This document shows, one piece after another, positions 1 through 11,074 of a stretch of DNA of 64,000 nucleotides (the first letter of the stretch is position 1; every line of letters begins with the position of its first letter). The notes beneath the pieces were generated by a model that was given only the letters and a program-made list of their open reading frames with translations, was not told the DNA's origin and searched no databases. The position numbers and the translations under genes were made by a program. This DNA is from a virus (lineage: Duplodnaviria; Caudoviricetes): IMG/VR virus record IMGVR_UViG_3300006056_000001, positions 64,001-128,000 of that record; one strand, written 5' to 3'.

Positions 1-15
1 GTTAACTACCTGATA

Positions 16-1362
16 TTATACAATATCAGCAGTTAAGTCAGCATCACCTGTTAAGGAGTTGCCCAAGCCCGTGACCTGGTAGATCATACGGTTAGCGAAG
101 TCGTAGTTCTTCGCAATCTTAATGTTCTTAAACAGACCAATAGCGCGGCCATCGTTCATTACGGCCATACCATAGCGTTCACGGAACTTCATACGCATGA
201 TATCCTTAGAAGGATCCTTCCATTCGTCAGAAGTGACTTCCTCGTCTACAACCAAGATACCAAGTTCATTGATATCACAGAACACGAAGTCCGTTAGGTT
301 AGTAGTAGAGTTGAAAGGCATATAAGGAGAAACAACGATGTTGAAAGACTGTGGGAACAGAGAAGGAACTCGCGTGAAAGTAGTAGCCAGGTTCTCTGGG
401 TTACTTACGTAAGTGTTCTGGTTCAACATTGTTTGTCCCCAAGTAGGGGCATTACCTGCCTTGCCTTGTGGTAGCTGCCATAGCATATTCTGCATTCCGT
501 GCTGGAAGCCGAATAGTCTCTGCATGCCATCTTCAGCAAAAATCTTCCAGGCGAATGGGTGCATGATTAGTGTGTTAGGGATAAATCCGCTATTTACCAT
601 CGTGCTCCATCCCTTGAAGATGTCGTCAAGAGTTACAGTACCGTTATAAGAACCACCAGCGTCACGGCCAGTAGTGCTTGCATAAGCAGTGCTGTTGTTG
701 TCAAAAAGTACACGGCCATTGTTAGAAATTAGATCTGCTGTCTTGCGCTCTTTTAACTGCGCTAGAGCACGACCGGCCCCTCTAACCTGCATGCTTATGA
801 TGTCAAACTGACTGTATCGCTTTTGCTCTTCAGTTACCTGAATTGCAATACCGGACTTGCCGATGATACACTCTGTCTGGCCTCCAAGCTCCATGTTACC
901 CGTTGGGTACTCTTCACCTTCAGCAATATCCGCAGCAGCGCCAGCGAATGCACCAAAAGTTGGGAAGGATACTCTTGTTCCTGCACTAAAATTGACTCTT
1001 GTTAAGAGTGGAGTTAGCACCAGGTTAGGGTAGATGGCTTCTCTTGCCATTGTACTTAGTACACGTGGGATCAGTAGAGGAAGATCTGTGCTGAAGTTAT
1101 CCTTCATCACTTCTCTAATCTCTAAGTCCTTCTCTAAAAGCTCTCCTAAAGAGCACTTAGTTCCCTTAGCAGTATGTCCATTTCTTTCCCAGATCTGGCG
1201 CATCGTCTTAAGGTTGGCGTGGTCCTTCTTGACTTCAGGAGCTTCATCAAATCCGAAAGAATCAGATTCTAGATCTCGCTTATCTTGTAGGGCCTTGGCC
1301 ATATTAACAAGGACCTTCTTCTGATCCTCATTGTCAAATACATCAAAATTAAGCTCTTCCAT
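16..1362 (-). CDS. Major capsid protein (HK97-fold, jumbo-phage type)
   Basis: 448 aa; capsid-like motifs (AADIAEGEEYP, GKSGIAIQVTEE, PNTLIMHPFAW, VVSPYMPF, KFRERYG); downstream of portal and protease genes. Confidence 0.88.
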   Translation of the reverse strand: MEELNFDVFDNEDQKKVLVNMAKALQDKRDLESDSFGFDEAPEVKKDHANLKTMRQIWERNGHTAKGTKCSLGELLEKDLEIREVMKDNFSTDLPLLIPRVLSTMAREAIYPNLVLTPLLTRVNFSAGTRVSFPTFGAFAGAAADIAEGEEYPTGNMELGGQTECIIGKSGIAIQVTEEQKRYSQFDIISMQVRGAGRALAQLKERKTADLISNNGRVLFDNNSTAYASTTGRDAGGSYNGTVTLDDIFKGWSTMVNSGFIPNTLIMHPFAWKIFAEDGMQRLFGFQHGMQNMLWQLPQGKAGNAPTWGQTMLNQNTYVSNPENLATTFTRVPSLFPQSFNIVVSPYMPFNSTTNLTDFVFCDINELGILVVDEEVTSDEWKDPSKDIMRMKFRERYGMAVMNDGRAIGLFKNIKIAKNYDFANRMIYQVTGLGNSLTGDADLTADIV

Positions 1363-1380
1363 TTTGATTTGTCTCCTTTA

Positions 1381-2295
1381 TTAGATTCGGATTAGTAAGG
1401 TTAAGCCGAAGAAATCTCCAGCCGCATCCGCCTTAGCTCCTAGATAGAAGCCAGGGACACCCTTAGTACCAGAGCCAGTTAGACCAGTTAAACCTGGTAC
1501 AGTCTGAGTCTTTGAGATGTACGCTATTTCAGAATCGTACGCGGAGTTGATAGAGAATGTGCCGTTTGTTATAGACTCTAGAATTGTAGCGCCTGTAGCG
1601 GAAGCACCTCTACTATCGGATCCGATCTTTACCTTACGTAGACACTTACCTACAATACGATCGTGAATATCGTTATATAGGGCGGCGTAAGTCTTAACTG
1701 GTGCATAACGTCCTGCTAAGTGTGAACCAGCAGCGTGTGATGCATAAGTTGCGTCTGGAGCTGTGAATGCAATTCCATGACGCTTACCAGAACCTAGCAT
1801 AATCGCGTCGCCTGGCTCAATTAACCACTCATCGGAGTTAACTGCTGGGATTTGAATTACGTAGTCAGTAAGGATACCTACTGCCGTGTTACGGGTGTAG
1901 TTTGTAAAAGATGCCTGTAGGTTAAAGCTATAAACTGGCTGGTAGCATACGCCCTGAGGCTTTACACGACCAACGTTAGCAGCACCAGATGCAGTTGGAA
2001 GGCCCCAAAGGTTAGAAGAACCTACTTGTATTAGGTTTCCAGCATCTGAGTATCCTGTTCCAAGAACAGCAGGTACTAACTTTCCTTCGCCTACGGAGGC
2101 TCCACCAGTAACAATACCCACTAGGGTACCTGGTTCTAACACGATTGGATCGTGGTGTAGTTCGTCAATACGAACATGGGCTAGTCCGGTCCATGCCTCT
2201 CTTGGTAAGGAACCTGCTACAGGTCTTACACCTTCGCAAAGTTCATTGTAGTAAGGGCGGGAAACCGCATAGCCACGTGGGATTCTAATTGCCAT
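1381..2295 (-). CDS. Probable head decoration/cement protein
   Basis: 304 aa, Gly-rich; canonical position between protease/scaffold and major capsid; assigned mainly by synteny. Confidence 0.55.
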   Translation of the reverse strand: MAIRIPRGYAVSRPYYNELCEGVRPVAGSLPREAWTGLAHVRIDELHHDPIVLEPGTLVGIVTGGASVGEGKLVPAVLGTGYSDAGNLIQVGSSNLWGLPTASGAANVGRVKPQGVCYQPVYSFNLQASFTNYTRNTAVGILTDYVIQIPAVNSDEWLIEPGDAIMLGSGKRHGIAFTAPDATYASHAAGSHLAGRYAPVKTYAALYNDIHDRIVGKCLRKVKIGSDSRGASATGATILESITNGTFSINSAYDSEIAYISKTQTVPGLTGLTGSGTKGVPGFYLGAKADAAGDFFGLTLLIRI

Positions 2296-2314
2296 GACTT
2301 AAATATTCCTCTGA

Positions 2315-3823
2315 TTAGCTAAGTCCAAAAGAAGCGTCTAAACCAGATTTAGACTTCTTATTGTTATTTTTTTCATCCTTAACAGGTTTTCCGTCTTTAG
2401 ACTTGCTCATTACAGGAGAATTTATCTTATCTCCAGAAATGATCTTGTCTGCAGGGGTTCCATTATCGGATGGTTTGGTTACTTTAGTAGATTTATCTGA
2501 CATTAAGTCAGTAATAGAATCTTGTAGAGATTCAATAGTACGAGTAGCTAGGCTATCTACATACTTGTTAAATTTCTCATCGGAGTCTATTAGTTCAGAA
2601 TCTACTTTGTTTAAATTGCTTCTAAGGGAAGCAAGGCATAATGCTAATGATTTAGACACTGCCGCCTTACCTTCTTTTGCATCCTTTTCTAGCTTAACAA
2701 TCTCATTGTCCTTAGTTGTGACCTGATTTTTTAAAGCTTCGTTTTCGGTCTTAACGGTGGAAAGTTGATCTTTTAGGCTAGATAGTTCTGCTTGAAGCGT
2801 TTCAAGGGTAACATCCATTTTCTGATCCTCTTTAGATTTATTATCTAAATTTTTTGCCTTATCAAGATTTTGCTCCACAGTTAGGACTTCCTTAGAATTT
2901 TTCTCTGGTATGTGGCCATTAGACGGCTCACTTTTAGAGGTAGATTTATCAGAAGAAATAACATGCTTGAGCTTATCTGCAATTGCAGGGCTTACTGCAA
3001 TCACTGTCTTCTTAGTATTACTTACGTATTTGTTACTAATAAGACTTAGTTCGCCCTCTTCGTCACTTAGAACTAAGTTTCGAACCGCTTCCTTTTTTCC
3101 AAGTGTCTGGCTGGCGATAATGTTGTCTTTTTTGCACCACTCTTCTTTACTGTCTTGCCAAGAAAAGTTTGTCAATTTAGCAGATGGGGAGGCAGGAAGG
3201 TTAACAAAGCTAACCTCATGATATGTCATAGGCCCTGTAACGGCCCAGCACATTCGACCCTCTGGGTCGGACTCACCTTCATCATTGTATGTTTTTCCAG
3301 GAATATGACTGCATTCTAATATAGAATCGCCACAGGTGGAACAGTGTAAAGATCTAGAACTATGTCCTGCAGAAACAGATAAATATCTTGAATCTACTAT
3401 TTTCTTTATAGATTCCGAATCTGTAATCAATGCAGTTACTGTAACTATTCCTGATCCTTTACTTCCGTTGGCGTCTGGAGTTAAGAAATCGTATTCAAAA
3501 TCTTCCCCGGACTTTAGCTGGCTATATCTTGCATCTACTATTCTTCCTATAGGATCATCTGTTAGATCATGATGCTTAAGAATAGGCTTGTCATATTCTG
3601 AGGAGCCGCCTCTTTCTTTAGAAATAAAACTCTTATATCCATCTTTAACATGAATACCAGGATATACCCGGTTATTTATGATAGTACCAGAATGGGTAGC
3701 GTCTATTTCAACTCTAAGCTTGGGCTGGCGATCTCTGTTAATTATTTGACTAACATCACTCTTTAAGCTGTCTGTTAGTAACTTTTCTAGTATTAATGAA
3801 TCTTTGAAGTTTATATTAGTCAC
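2315..3823 (-). CDS. Prohead protease with C-terminal coiled-coil scaffold
   Basis: ATHSG..NNRVY, KPILKHHD..PIGR, YLSVSAG, HEVSFVNLPA motifs typical of HK97-type prohead proteases; heptad-rich C-terminus. Confidence 0.82.
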   Translation of the reverse strand: MTNINFKDSLILEKLLTDSLKSDVSQIINRDRQPKLRVEIDATHSGTIINNRVYPGIHVKDGYKSFISKERGGSSEYDKPILKHHDLTDDPIGRIVDARYSQLKSGEDFEYDFLTPDANGSKGSGIVTVTALITDSESIKKIVDSRYLSVSAGHSSRSLHCSTCGDSILECSHIPGKTYNDEGESDPEGRMCWAVTGPMTYHEVSFVNLPASPSAKLTNFSWQDSKEEWCKKDNIIASQTLGKKEAVRNLVLSDEEGELSLISNKYVSNTKKTVIAVSPAIADKLKHVISSDKSTSKSEPSNGHIPEKNSKEVLTVEQNLDKAKNLDNKSKEDQKMDVTLETLQAELSSLKDQLSTVKTENEALKNQVTTKDNEIVKLEKDAKEGKAAVSKSLALCLASLRSNLNKVDSELIDSDEKFNKYVDSLATRTIESLQDSITDLMSDKSTKVTKPSDNGTPADKIISGDKINSPVMSKSKDGKPVKDEKNNNKKSKSGLDASFGLS

Positions 3824-5949
3824 TTGGGCTCCTGCGGCTTAACAAAGCTTAAGAAAAAATTTGCATTATCTTCAGTAGGCATAAATTTTTTGTATATTAG
3901 GTCGCTTATATCAAGTCCGGTACTCTCAAAAGTATCAGGATTAACGAGATCAATTGTTTTGCTGCCTACTTTTTTAGCAAATTTTATAAATCCAAATCTT
4001 TCTGCTGTTATTAGCTGTATATCAGTCAGATTTTTTATATCTTTATACAAATTATCTAATGCTTTAAACAAAGGCTTCACATCTACGTTATTATCTTTGT
4101 CACCTGACAAGTAAGACATAACTTCGTCTTTGTAAGGATTTAGTATTTTCCAGAAGGATTTATTTATAAAGTTAGTGTAAAACCTATCAATAGCTCTATT
4201 TCCTATTTCTTCAAAGTCTATATCAGAATCAGGATAAAAACTATCATATTGCTTCTTAGCTTTCTTATGTCCTTCTTCAATACAAATGTCTACGTATTCT
4301 TTTGAACTATCATAGCACTCTTTTACAAAATCTCTAAAGTAGTCTTCTACTAAAGAAATATCTGTAACATCGTTAGAAAGATCTATGATTTTTGTTTTTA
4401 GTTCTTTTACTTTATCTTCTATACAATCAAAATAATCATTGGCCTTAAATCTACTCTTAGCAGGTTTAGTTCCATATTGATTCTTTGGCTGACCTTTGTT
4501 AGAGACTTGTGCTTTTACAGCTTTCATTAGATCAGAGCCACCGCTTGCAGCGGCTCTAACAGATCCTTGTACTCTAACAATTTCTTTCTGTGCTTCTGTT
4601 TGCTGTTTAAGAGATATGTCATTTTTCTCTTCTTCAGACAGAGGCTGTTTATTAAGATACTGCTTTCTAAATTCAGATGCAGTAATTGCATTTGCCATAA
4701 AGAGCTGAGTACCGTGGTTTTGGTTTGCTCTTTCTTCTTCCCTGTCTATTGTTGGGAAGGTGAATCTAACCATGTTATCCTCTAAAACATCAAATCCACC
4801 CTCTAAAAGTAGAGGAAGAATAACAAAGTGAGTTAGATGGTCAGAAATTACTTGTTGATAGTCTTTAGCAGAATCCTGTAGTCCTTTATTTAAGTTGGTT
4901 GCTGTTCCTCTTGAGAAAGCTCCACCACGACCTAAATCTAGAGGAGAAAGGCGTAAGCCTGCTACAACTCTAGCTTCAAAGTAGTCTAAATAAGGCCCTA
5001 AATCAAGGGCTGCGCCCTCACGGCTAACTAGCTTAACTTCATGTCTTTCACTAGTTACAATGAAACCTTGTGCTGGAAGTGTGGTTACTTGATCTGCAAC
5101 CATATCTACTTCTGAGCCGCCGCCTTCAAACAGAGTAGCTGGCTTAGTTTCTGTTCCTACTTTATAGTGATAAAGAGGAAATGCTTCTTTACCAGCCATA
5201 ATAATAGCTACTTCTTCTAGCTTTCTTAATGCTCTAATATCATCTAATACAGGAAGTAAGTAAGGAGTGCCGAATGTAAATCCTGTTTTCTTATCTAATG
5301 TAATATGTACTACATCTTCAACAGCGTATGTTTTTGAATAACTACTATCTCCATCTCCGTCTATTTTCTGTCTCCAAGCTTTAGGTGTGCCATACTTATC
5401 AACAGAGACTTCCATAGTTGTTGGATCACCAACAAATATTCCTGCTATAGGATCTAGTTCTATTCCGTATACTTTTATTCTTTTTCCGCTTGATCTATTA
5501 GGGTCACGTCTAAATATTAAATATGCATTATGAAAAGTAATAAGATTTGTAACTAATTCTCTAAGCCACTGTTCTGTAGTAATCCCTGTTAAAAGTGTTA
5601 TTTCAAATAATCTTTGCTTAATATAAGAAATCATAGCCTCATCAGAACCAGATATTTGATAGCCTTCTTTTAGAATCTGTTCTCTGTGCTTTCGAACCGA
5701 TTGTGAAATATAAGGCTCTATATCTGATGCTCTAGAGATCTCTGCTAGATCATAAACAGGAGGATTAAACTTAGATCTAGGCGTTACTCTTAAATCTCCA
5801 GCGCCCTTAAATTCATAGCTTCTTACTCTGCCGAGCATCTTCGTTTTACGCTCTAAAGCAGAAGTTATCTCTTTCTTTCGGGCTCCTGAAACTATTAGTT
5901 TTATGTCTTTGCCTAATAGGGGGGATTCAAGATATATAGGATCAACCAT
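3820..5949 (-). CDS. Portal protein
   Basis: 709 aa; NAYL, DPTTM, EDVVHI, FGTPYLLPVLDDIRALRKLEE motifs; position between terminase and protease. Confidence 0.82.
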   Translation of the reverse strand: MVDPIYLESPLLGKDIKLIVSGARKKEITSALERKTKMLGRVRSYEFKGAGDLRVTPRSKFNPPVYDLAEISRASDIEPYISQSVRKHREQILKEGYQISGSDEAMISYIKQRLFEITLLTGITTEQWLRELVTNLITFHNAYLIFRRDPNRSSGKRIKVYGIELDPIAGIFVGDPTTMEVSVDKYGTPKAWRQKIDGDGDSSYSKTYAVEDVVHITLDKKTGFTFGTPYLLPVLDDIRALRKLEEVAIIMAGKEAFPLYHYKVGTETKPATLFEGGGSEVDMVADQVTTLPAQGFIVTSERHEVKLVSREGAALDLGPYLDYFEARVVAGLRLSPLDLGRGGAFSRGTATNLNKGLQDSAKDYQQVISDHLTHFVILPLLLEGGFDVLEDNMVRFTFPTIDREEERANQNHGTQLFMANAITASEFRKQYLNKQPLSEEEKNDISLKQQTEAQKEIVRVQGSVRAAASGGSDLMKAVKAQVSNKGQPKNQYGTKPAKSRFKANDYFDCIEDKVKELKTKIIDLSNDVTDISLVEDYFRDFVKECYDSSKEYVDICIEEGHKKAKKQYDSFYPDSDIDFEEIGNRAIDRFYTNFINKSFWKILNPYKDEVMSYLSGDKDNNVDVKPLFKALDNLYKDIKNLTDIQLITAERFGFIKFAKKVGSKTIDLVNPDTFESTGLDISDLIYKKFMPTEDNANFFLSFVKPQEPK

Positions 5950-7891
5950 TTAGATTTTCTCTTAAAGCGGACGTAAGGCTATTTATCAGATTATTGATTC
6001 TTTCCTGTTGGTCAGGAGTATAACAATTACCTTTGCCTTTCTCAGTATTTTGCTCGGGGATTATTCCATAAGAAAATTTTAATCTACTACTTTGTTTAGT
6101 AGTAATATCAGGAAAATGCTTTTGTACATCTTCTGACTTCATAGGAAGAACAGGCGGGATATCTCCTAAAATAGTAAATATTGCTTGGTCAAAATTTGAA
6201 TCAGTATCTGTAAGATCATTGTTTGGTCTTACTGATCTATTTTTTGAATCAAGTTCGCATGTATTTGCTAAATCAAGTCTAGCGGCCAATACTTCCAATA
6301 TTCTAGCTATTCCAAGTAGATGTCTTCTATCTGCAGCAATCTTCCAGCTTCCGTCCGACGCCAATCCAAAATTACCTATTATAGTACTTATATCTCTTAT
6401 TAAAGCATTTACTTGATCAAATATAGCACGCACAGAATGTAGTAATGCCCATCCAAGGGTAAGCATTCCGTTACATGCAGGTAGGTTTTCAAAATCTGTA
6501 GTAAATGTCTTCGTTATCTTATCTGCTATCTTGTAATAAAATTTATTAATATCTTTAGCTATTTCAAATAAAGCATCTTGAGCCAGGTTAGCTAAGAAAG
6601 AAGATATAATATTTTGTATTCTTACTATTTCGCCTGATAGGTCTGTAGCTAATATTCTTAATAAGCTTGCTATAGTATACATTACTTCTGGATTACCTAT
6701 TGCACCAAATATCTGAACTAAGCAACACATGTCCCTATCTGTAAGTTGATATATAAAAGAACTTAATATATCATCATAAAGATTATTGCTATTTTCTTTT
6801 AAAGACCTAGTTGCACTAGCTAGTTGTATAAACATCTTGCTTGTTTTTCTAGGTTGATTAAAAATACTAGCTCCTTCTTCAGGAGTATTTTGAGAAGGAG
6901 AGTACTGTTGTTTGTAAGATTGGAATTTAGGAGAAAACTCTGAAGAGGTATTTAATGCACCTCTAATAGTTTGCTGATTTTGTGCAACGTTTAGGTATGC
7001 TATCCAATGGTCTATACTTAGATGACTGTTTGGGCCTACTAAGCCTCCATATCTTCTATAGTACTCATTTACATACTTAATTATTTCTTCTGAGTCAATA
7101 AATTCTTTGCTTTTCTTTAACTCGTCATAATCTAGACCAATAGTTTTTAACGCGGCTGCTCTAGCTGTATCAGAACTAGATAGCTCTTCTATTTGTTTTT
7201 CTACTAGAGGAGTAGATATATTGCTCTTCTTAAGAGCATTAATTATTCTTTCTGCTTTTATACCTAGTTCTAAAAATAAAGCAATACCAGCAGGAATTTG
7301 TGATATCTGAATTCCTTTAGCTCCCTGCTCTACTCCTAAAGCTTGAAAAATAATAGTCTGAAAAGGAGATATAGTAAGCATTCCTAAAATAGTACTAATA
7401 ATACCATTTTGAGAAACAAACTCTTTTAACATGGATTCTGGTTTAGGAGAATTACTTATTTTTTCTGTAGTTTCTTGAGTAGTCTGTGCTACAGAAGCAG
7501 GAAGCTTCATTTTTATAGCAGTCCCTCTTATCTCCCATTTCTTTGCTAATATAATGTCTACAGCTTTTTGATATAGAGAATAGGTTATTATAGATCCTTC
7601 TTTGGACTCTTCTTTGTTAAGTCTAATGGCTGCAGCCCTAGTAGAATCACAAGCTTCTTCTATAGGAATATATTGAGCGGGGTCCATTTTAGATAGACCC
7701 TCTTTTAACTTATTGCCTTTTAAATATGTTTTTGCTAAATCTGTAAATATTTGATCAATTAACTGTTCTCTTTCATCTTCATTACCAAAAGCATCATAAT
7801 CTAGATTATCTTTAAAATGCTCAATAGTACCTAAGTCTGTTAATTTTCTAGGTCTAGCAAAATTAGGCCGGCCATTATACTCTATACTCAT
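5942..7891 (-). CDS. Hypothetical virion/head-module protein
   Basis: 649-aa helical ORF tightly abutting terminase and overlapping portal. Confidence 0.45.
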   Translation of the reverse strand: MSIEYNGRPNFARPRKLTDLGTIEHFKDNLDYDAFGNEDEREQLIDQIFTDLAKTYLKGNKLKEGLSKMDPAQYIPIEEACDSTRAAAIRLNKEESKEGSIITYSLYQKAVDIILAKKWEIRGTAIKMKLPASVAQTTQETTEKISNSPKPESMLKEFVSQNGIISTILGMLTISPFQTIIFQALGVEQGAKGIQISQIPAGIALFLELGIKAERIINALKKSNISTPLVEKQIEELSSSDTARAAALKTIGLDYDELKKSKEFIDSEEIIKYVNEYYRRYGGLVGPNSHLSIDHWIAYLNVAQNQQTIRGALNTSSEFSPKFQSYKQQYSPSQNTPEEGASIFNQPRKTSKMFIQLASATRSLKENSNNLYDDILSSFIYQLTDRDMCCLVQIFGAIGNPEVMYTIASLLRILATDLSGEIVRIQNIISSFLANLAQDALFEIAKDINKFYYKIADKITKTFTTDFENLPACNGMLTLGWALLHSVRAIFDQVNALIRDISTIIGNFGLASDGSWKIAADRRHLLGIARILEVLAARLDLANTCELDSKNRSVRPNNDLTDTDSNFDQAIFTILGDIPPVLPMKSEDVQKHFPDITTKQSSRLKFSYGIIPEQNTEKGKGNCYTPDQQERINNLINSLTSALRENLNG

Positions 7892-9762
7892 TAGAAGTTA
7901 CCTCTTTTATAGCCAATGTCTCCTCTGCCTTTTCTATTAACATCTAAGTTACCTCTTGCATCAAGGTTACCTTTCAGGTGTTGCATTCCCTTCTTAGCTG
8001 GATTTCCTAGATCTCTAGATTTTATATCTTTATTTGGTTTCTTTCCGCCGGTATGGTTTATCAATTTCCATCCAGCTTGTATCTCAATCTGTCTTTCTCT
8101 TTCTGTTAAGGTAGCTTCTACTTTAGGCCCTTCGTCTCCTACCTCTATTCCAACTACAGTAGTACTGTAAGGTACTCCTTTTAGATCTCCTTCTTTCCAA
8201 TAGTAGCCGCCGATTGCAAGGTAATATGCTGTAAGAGTGTGATCCTGTCCTTGTGAATATTTTGGCAAGCCATATACTGAGTAACTTTCTACTCTAAAGT
8301 TTCTCATTTGCTGTATTAGTCCCATTCTGTCATCGCTGCTTTTTACAGAAGTATCTTCAGATCTAGGGAGTATCAAGTTTCCATTATCTAATAGTCTCTT
8401 AGTTTGTTCTATAAGGAAGTGTTTGGCTCCTTTTTTGACAGGAAGTCCAGACAAAGGATCTATTAGTTCAATATGTTGATTCATTAGTATTGCTACTAAT
8501 TTAACATCTAACATGGATCCGGGTTCTTTTAAAGAATGCTTCCTTAAAAGCTCATATTGTACTTCTCCATATCCCTTATCCATGAATATCCATTTAGGTC
8601 TCCAAGCCCTATTTAATTGAATTATAGTTTCGACTCCTGCTGTCTGTGTATATTCTGATTTTTCTATAACTATTTTTTTAATTAACTTTAGCTTATTAGA
8701 ATCTTTTTCTATAATAAGAATGTGTGTTCCTGCGTTTGTGTTCCAGTCAACGCCTATTATATAATCACATGAAGGTCTAGGACCAGTATCTTCTATGGAG
8801 TAGTCATCTAAAGATGCATTAAGAGATCTTGTCTTAAACACACCGTCTTCCAGTTCTGCAAAGTCTGCTAAATACTCATGTCCATATGTAGCTCCATCGC
8901 TGGATCCCTTAAAGTATTTTTCAGTCTCTTCTGTCCATTCTGGAGATTCTGCAGATATAAACCAAAATTCTTTATAACCAAGATTTTTATTAGTTACATA
9001 CGTATAGAATTTTCTTCTCCAACCACGAGGAGTAGTAGCAGCTATAAGCTTACAATCTTTGTGAGAAGCTAAGATAGCCATTACTGCGTCAATGTCAGCA
9101 TCTTCAATAGTATCTATTTCGTCAATTACAATAAGATTCGCATCTTGTCCACGAACTTTATCAGATCCAGATCCAACGTCTGCGCCTACTGAGAAGCCTA
9201 ATACTTTACTTCCATTTTGGAAGTCCATTCTAGATGGTGTCTTAGTATATCTTGCTAATGATCCTTTTAGGGACGCGCTCTTGTTTACAAACTTAGATAA
9301 TTCATCAAAAAATCTAGTTACCTGTCTTTCATAAGGGGCAACAACAAGAATAGTAAAATCTTTATTAGTTGCAAGGTTGTATAGTGCTTCTACAACCATT
9401 GCTTCTGTTTTACCTGTTCTTCTTCCTAGTCTATATAACTTCTTTACAGAAGTACAAGAAAGCATTTCTTTTTGATAAAATCTTGGAGACCAGCCAAATT
9501 CTGCATGTGCCCATGCTATAGGATCTAGCAATATAGCCGTTTGGATATATTCATCTAGTGTATCAAAATCAGATACATCTAATAGATCTACTTTTTTATT
9601 AGCTTCTTTTTCACATCTAGGTGGAAATGGAGAAGAGGTTAATTTCTTCTCATATAGAAGAGCATAATATTCTTCACATCTTTTACACATATCCCCGTCT
9701 AACTTTTTTAACGGGGTATAATTTGTGCTTAGATAGTTATTTTCTGGAATATAATTTGTCAT
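7891..9762 (-). CDS. terL: Terminase large subunit
   Basis: Walker A GRRTGKT, Walker B LIVIDE, motif III ATTP, nuclease IIGVDWN and C-terminal QDH; likely start MTNYIP at 9762. Confidence 0.92.
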   Translation of the reverse strand: MTNYIPENNYLSTNYTPLKKLDGDMCKRCEEYYALLYEKKLTSSPFPPRCEKEANKKVDLLDVSDFDTLDEYIQTAILLDPIAWAHAEFGWSPRFYQKEMLSCTSVKKLYRLGRRTGKTEAMVVEALYNLATNKDFTILVVAPYERQVTRFFDELSKFVNKSASLKGSLARYTKTPSRMDFQNGSKVLGFSVGADVGSGSDKVRGQDANLIVIDEIDTIEDADIDAVMAILASHKDCKLIAATTPRGWRRKFYTYVTNKNLGYKEFWFISAESPEWTEETEKYFKGSSDGATYGHEYLADFAELEDGVFKTRSLNASLDDYSIEDTGPRPSCDYIIGVDWNTNAGTHILIIEKDSNKLKLIKKIVIEKSEYTQTAGVETIIQLNRAWRPKWIFMDKGYGEVQYELLRKHSLKEPGSMLDVKLVAILMNQHIELIDPLSGLPVKKGAKHFLIEQTKRLLDNGNLILPRSEDTSVKSSDDRMGLIQQMRNFRVESYSVYGLPKYSQGQDHTLTAYYLAIGGYYWKEGDLKGVPYSTTVVGIEVGDEGPKVEATLTERERQIEIQAGWKLINHTGGKKPNKDIKSRDLGNPAKKGMQHLKGNLDARGNLDVNRKGRGDIGYKRGNF

Positions 9763-10499
9763 TTTACTACAACGCCTTGCGACCAACTATGGCAATCCAT
9801 ACATTGGAGCCTTTGGTATTTAGTTAGTTTAGTGTAACTAAACCCACGCTTCTGTGTATTATTAGAGCCACATGTTTGGCAGCAAGCTCTATCTAAAGCA
9901 ACAGACACATTGGGATGATTTTTCATCCATCCTCTTAGTTTTAAATAAATTTGCTCTAATAAAGCAACATCTATTTTATTATACTTTTTCATTTTCTTCC
10001 AGGATTCTGTGTCTCCAGACATACATCCTGTCCAAAGTTTAAAGCCACCGGTATCTGCTTTCTTACCAAATCCAAATAACTGGCCTAAATCATTTAAAGA
10101 GTTACTATTAAATCCAAACTTCTTTTTTGCTTCTTTCTTAGTATCTACTGTCTTGTAAGGAGAAGGAGGAGTAAACCCATTGACTATAAATCTTGTATTC
10201 ATTATTTTGATATCAAAACTATCGCCATTGTGAGCAACTATTACATCTGCTTCATTTACAAAATCCCATAGCTTAGTCATTAAAGCTTTATCACTTTTTG
10301 GATCTTTTGTATAATCAGGGAAGTCAGGTAATCCAAAAGTGTGATACTTAGAATCGTCTAGCCATTTTACAGTGAAACACAACATGTATCTTTCTTGAAC
10401 AAATTCTATAACGTTGGTTTCATATTTCTGCCAGGTATAGCCAAGATTAGGTGCTGTTTCGATATCTAAGAAAAGAGTCTTTAAAGGTTTATTTGTCAT
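9759..10499 (-). CDS. DEDD/RNase H-like 3'-5' exonuclease with C-terminal Zn ribbon
   Basis: FLDIET, VAHNGDSFD, YNKIDV exonuclease motifs; CQTC...CMDC. Confidence 0.85.
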   Translation of the reverse strand: MTNKPLKTLFLDIETAPNLGYTWQKYETNVIEFVQERYMLCFTVKWLDDSKYHTFGLPDFPDYTKDPKSDKALMTKLWDFVNEADVIVAHNGDSFDIKIMNTRFIVNGFTPPSPYKTVDTKKEAKKKFGFNSNSLNDLGQLFGFGKKADTGGFKLWTGCMSGDTESWKKMKKYNKIDVALLEQIYLKLRGWMKNHPNVSVALDRACCQTCGSNNTQKRGFSYTKLTKYQRLQCMDCHSWSQGVVVK

Positions 10500-11074
10500 T
10501 TGTGAAATCCACTAGCTTCTTGGCTTATTATACCTCGAATGCCTAGTTGGGATTCGTGTATTGCCATAAGAGCACGTTGTCTCTGAGTATACGATTGAGG
10601 AGTGTCTAAATAAGTAGCTCCTCCACCCATACTTGTATTATCCATTTGCATAGCTTCTTTAGTTAAGCCTGGGGTAACCATTGCTTCTACTATGCTAGCT
10701 GCTGTTATGCCTAATAGTCCCCATCCTATAGTTTTAGCACCAAATCTCATTTTACTATAATTACTTTTTATATCTTTTATAAGATTCTGTGAAGGTAGTT
10801 TAATTTTTCTACTTTCTCTTAATCTAAGCTGTTCTTGGTGTACCCAGCTCATATTGTTAGAACTAATATTAGAGTTTAAAGAATTTAATGCTTTTCTTTG
10901 TTGAAGCCTTGCTCCTCTTATTTCTGCTCTTTCTAATTTGTTTAATACAGGAACGCCTAGCCAGTCAACGCCTATACCAAAAAATAGACCCATAGCTCCA
11001 GACATTAGAGCGTTATCATCTCCTAAAGAGTTACCGCTGTCAGGCATCATAAAATTTTCCCAGTTTTGAACCAT
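10496..11074 (-). CDS. Hypothetical, probable virion/membrane-associated protein
   Basis: Two hydrophobic Gly-rich segments; in late operon. Confidence 0.4.
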   Translation of the reverse strand: MVQNWENFMMPDSGNSLGDDNALMSGAMGLFFGIGVDWLGVPVLNKLERAEIRGARLQQRKALNSLNSNISSNNMSWVHQEQLRLRESRKIKLPSQNLIKDIKSNYSKMRFGAKTIGWGLLGITAASIVEAMVTPGLTKEAMQMDNTSMGGGATYLDTPQSYTQRQRALMAIHESQLGIRGIISQEASGFHK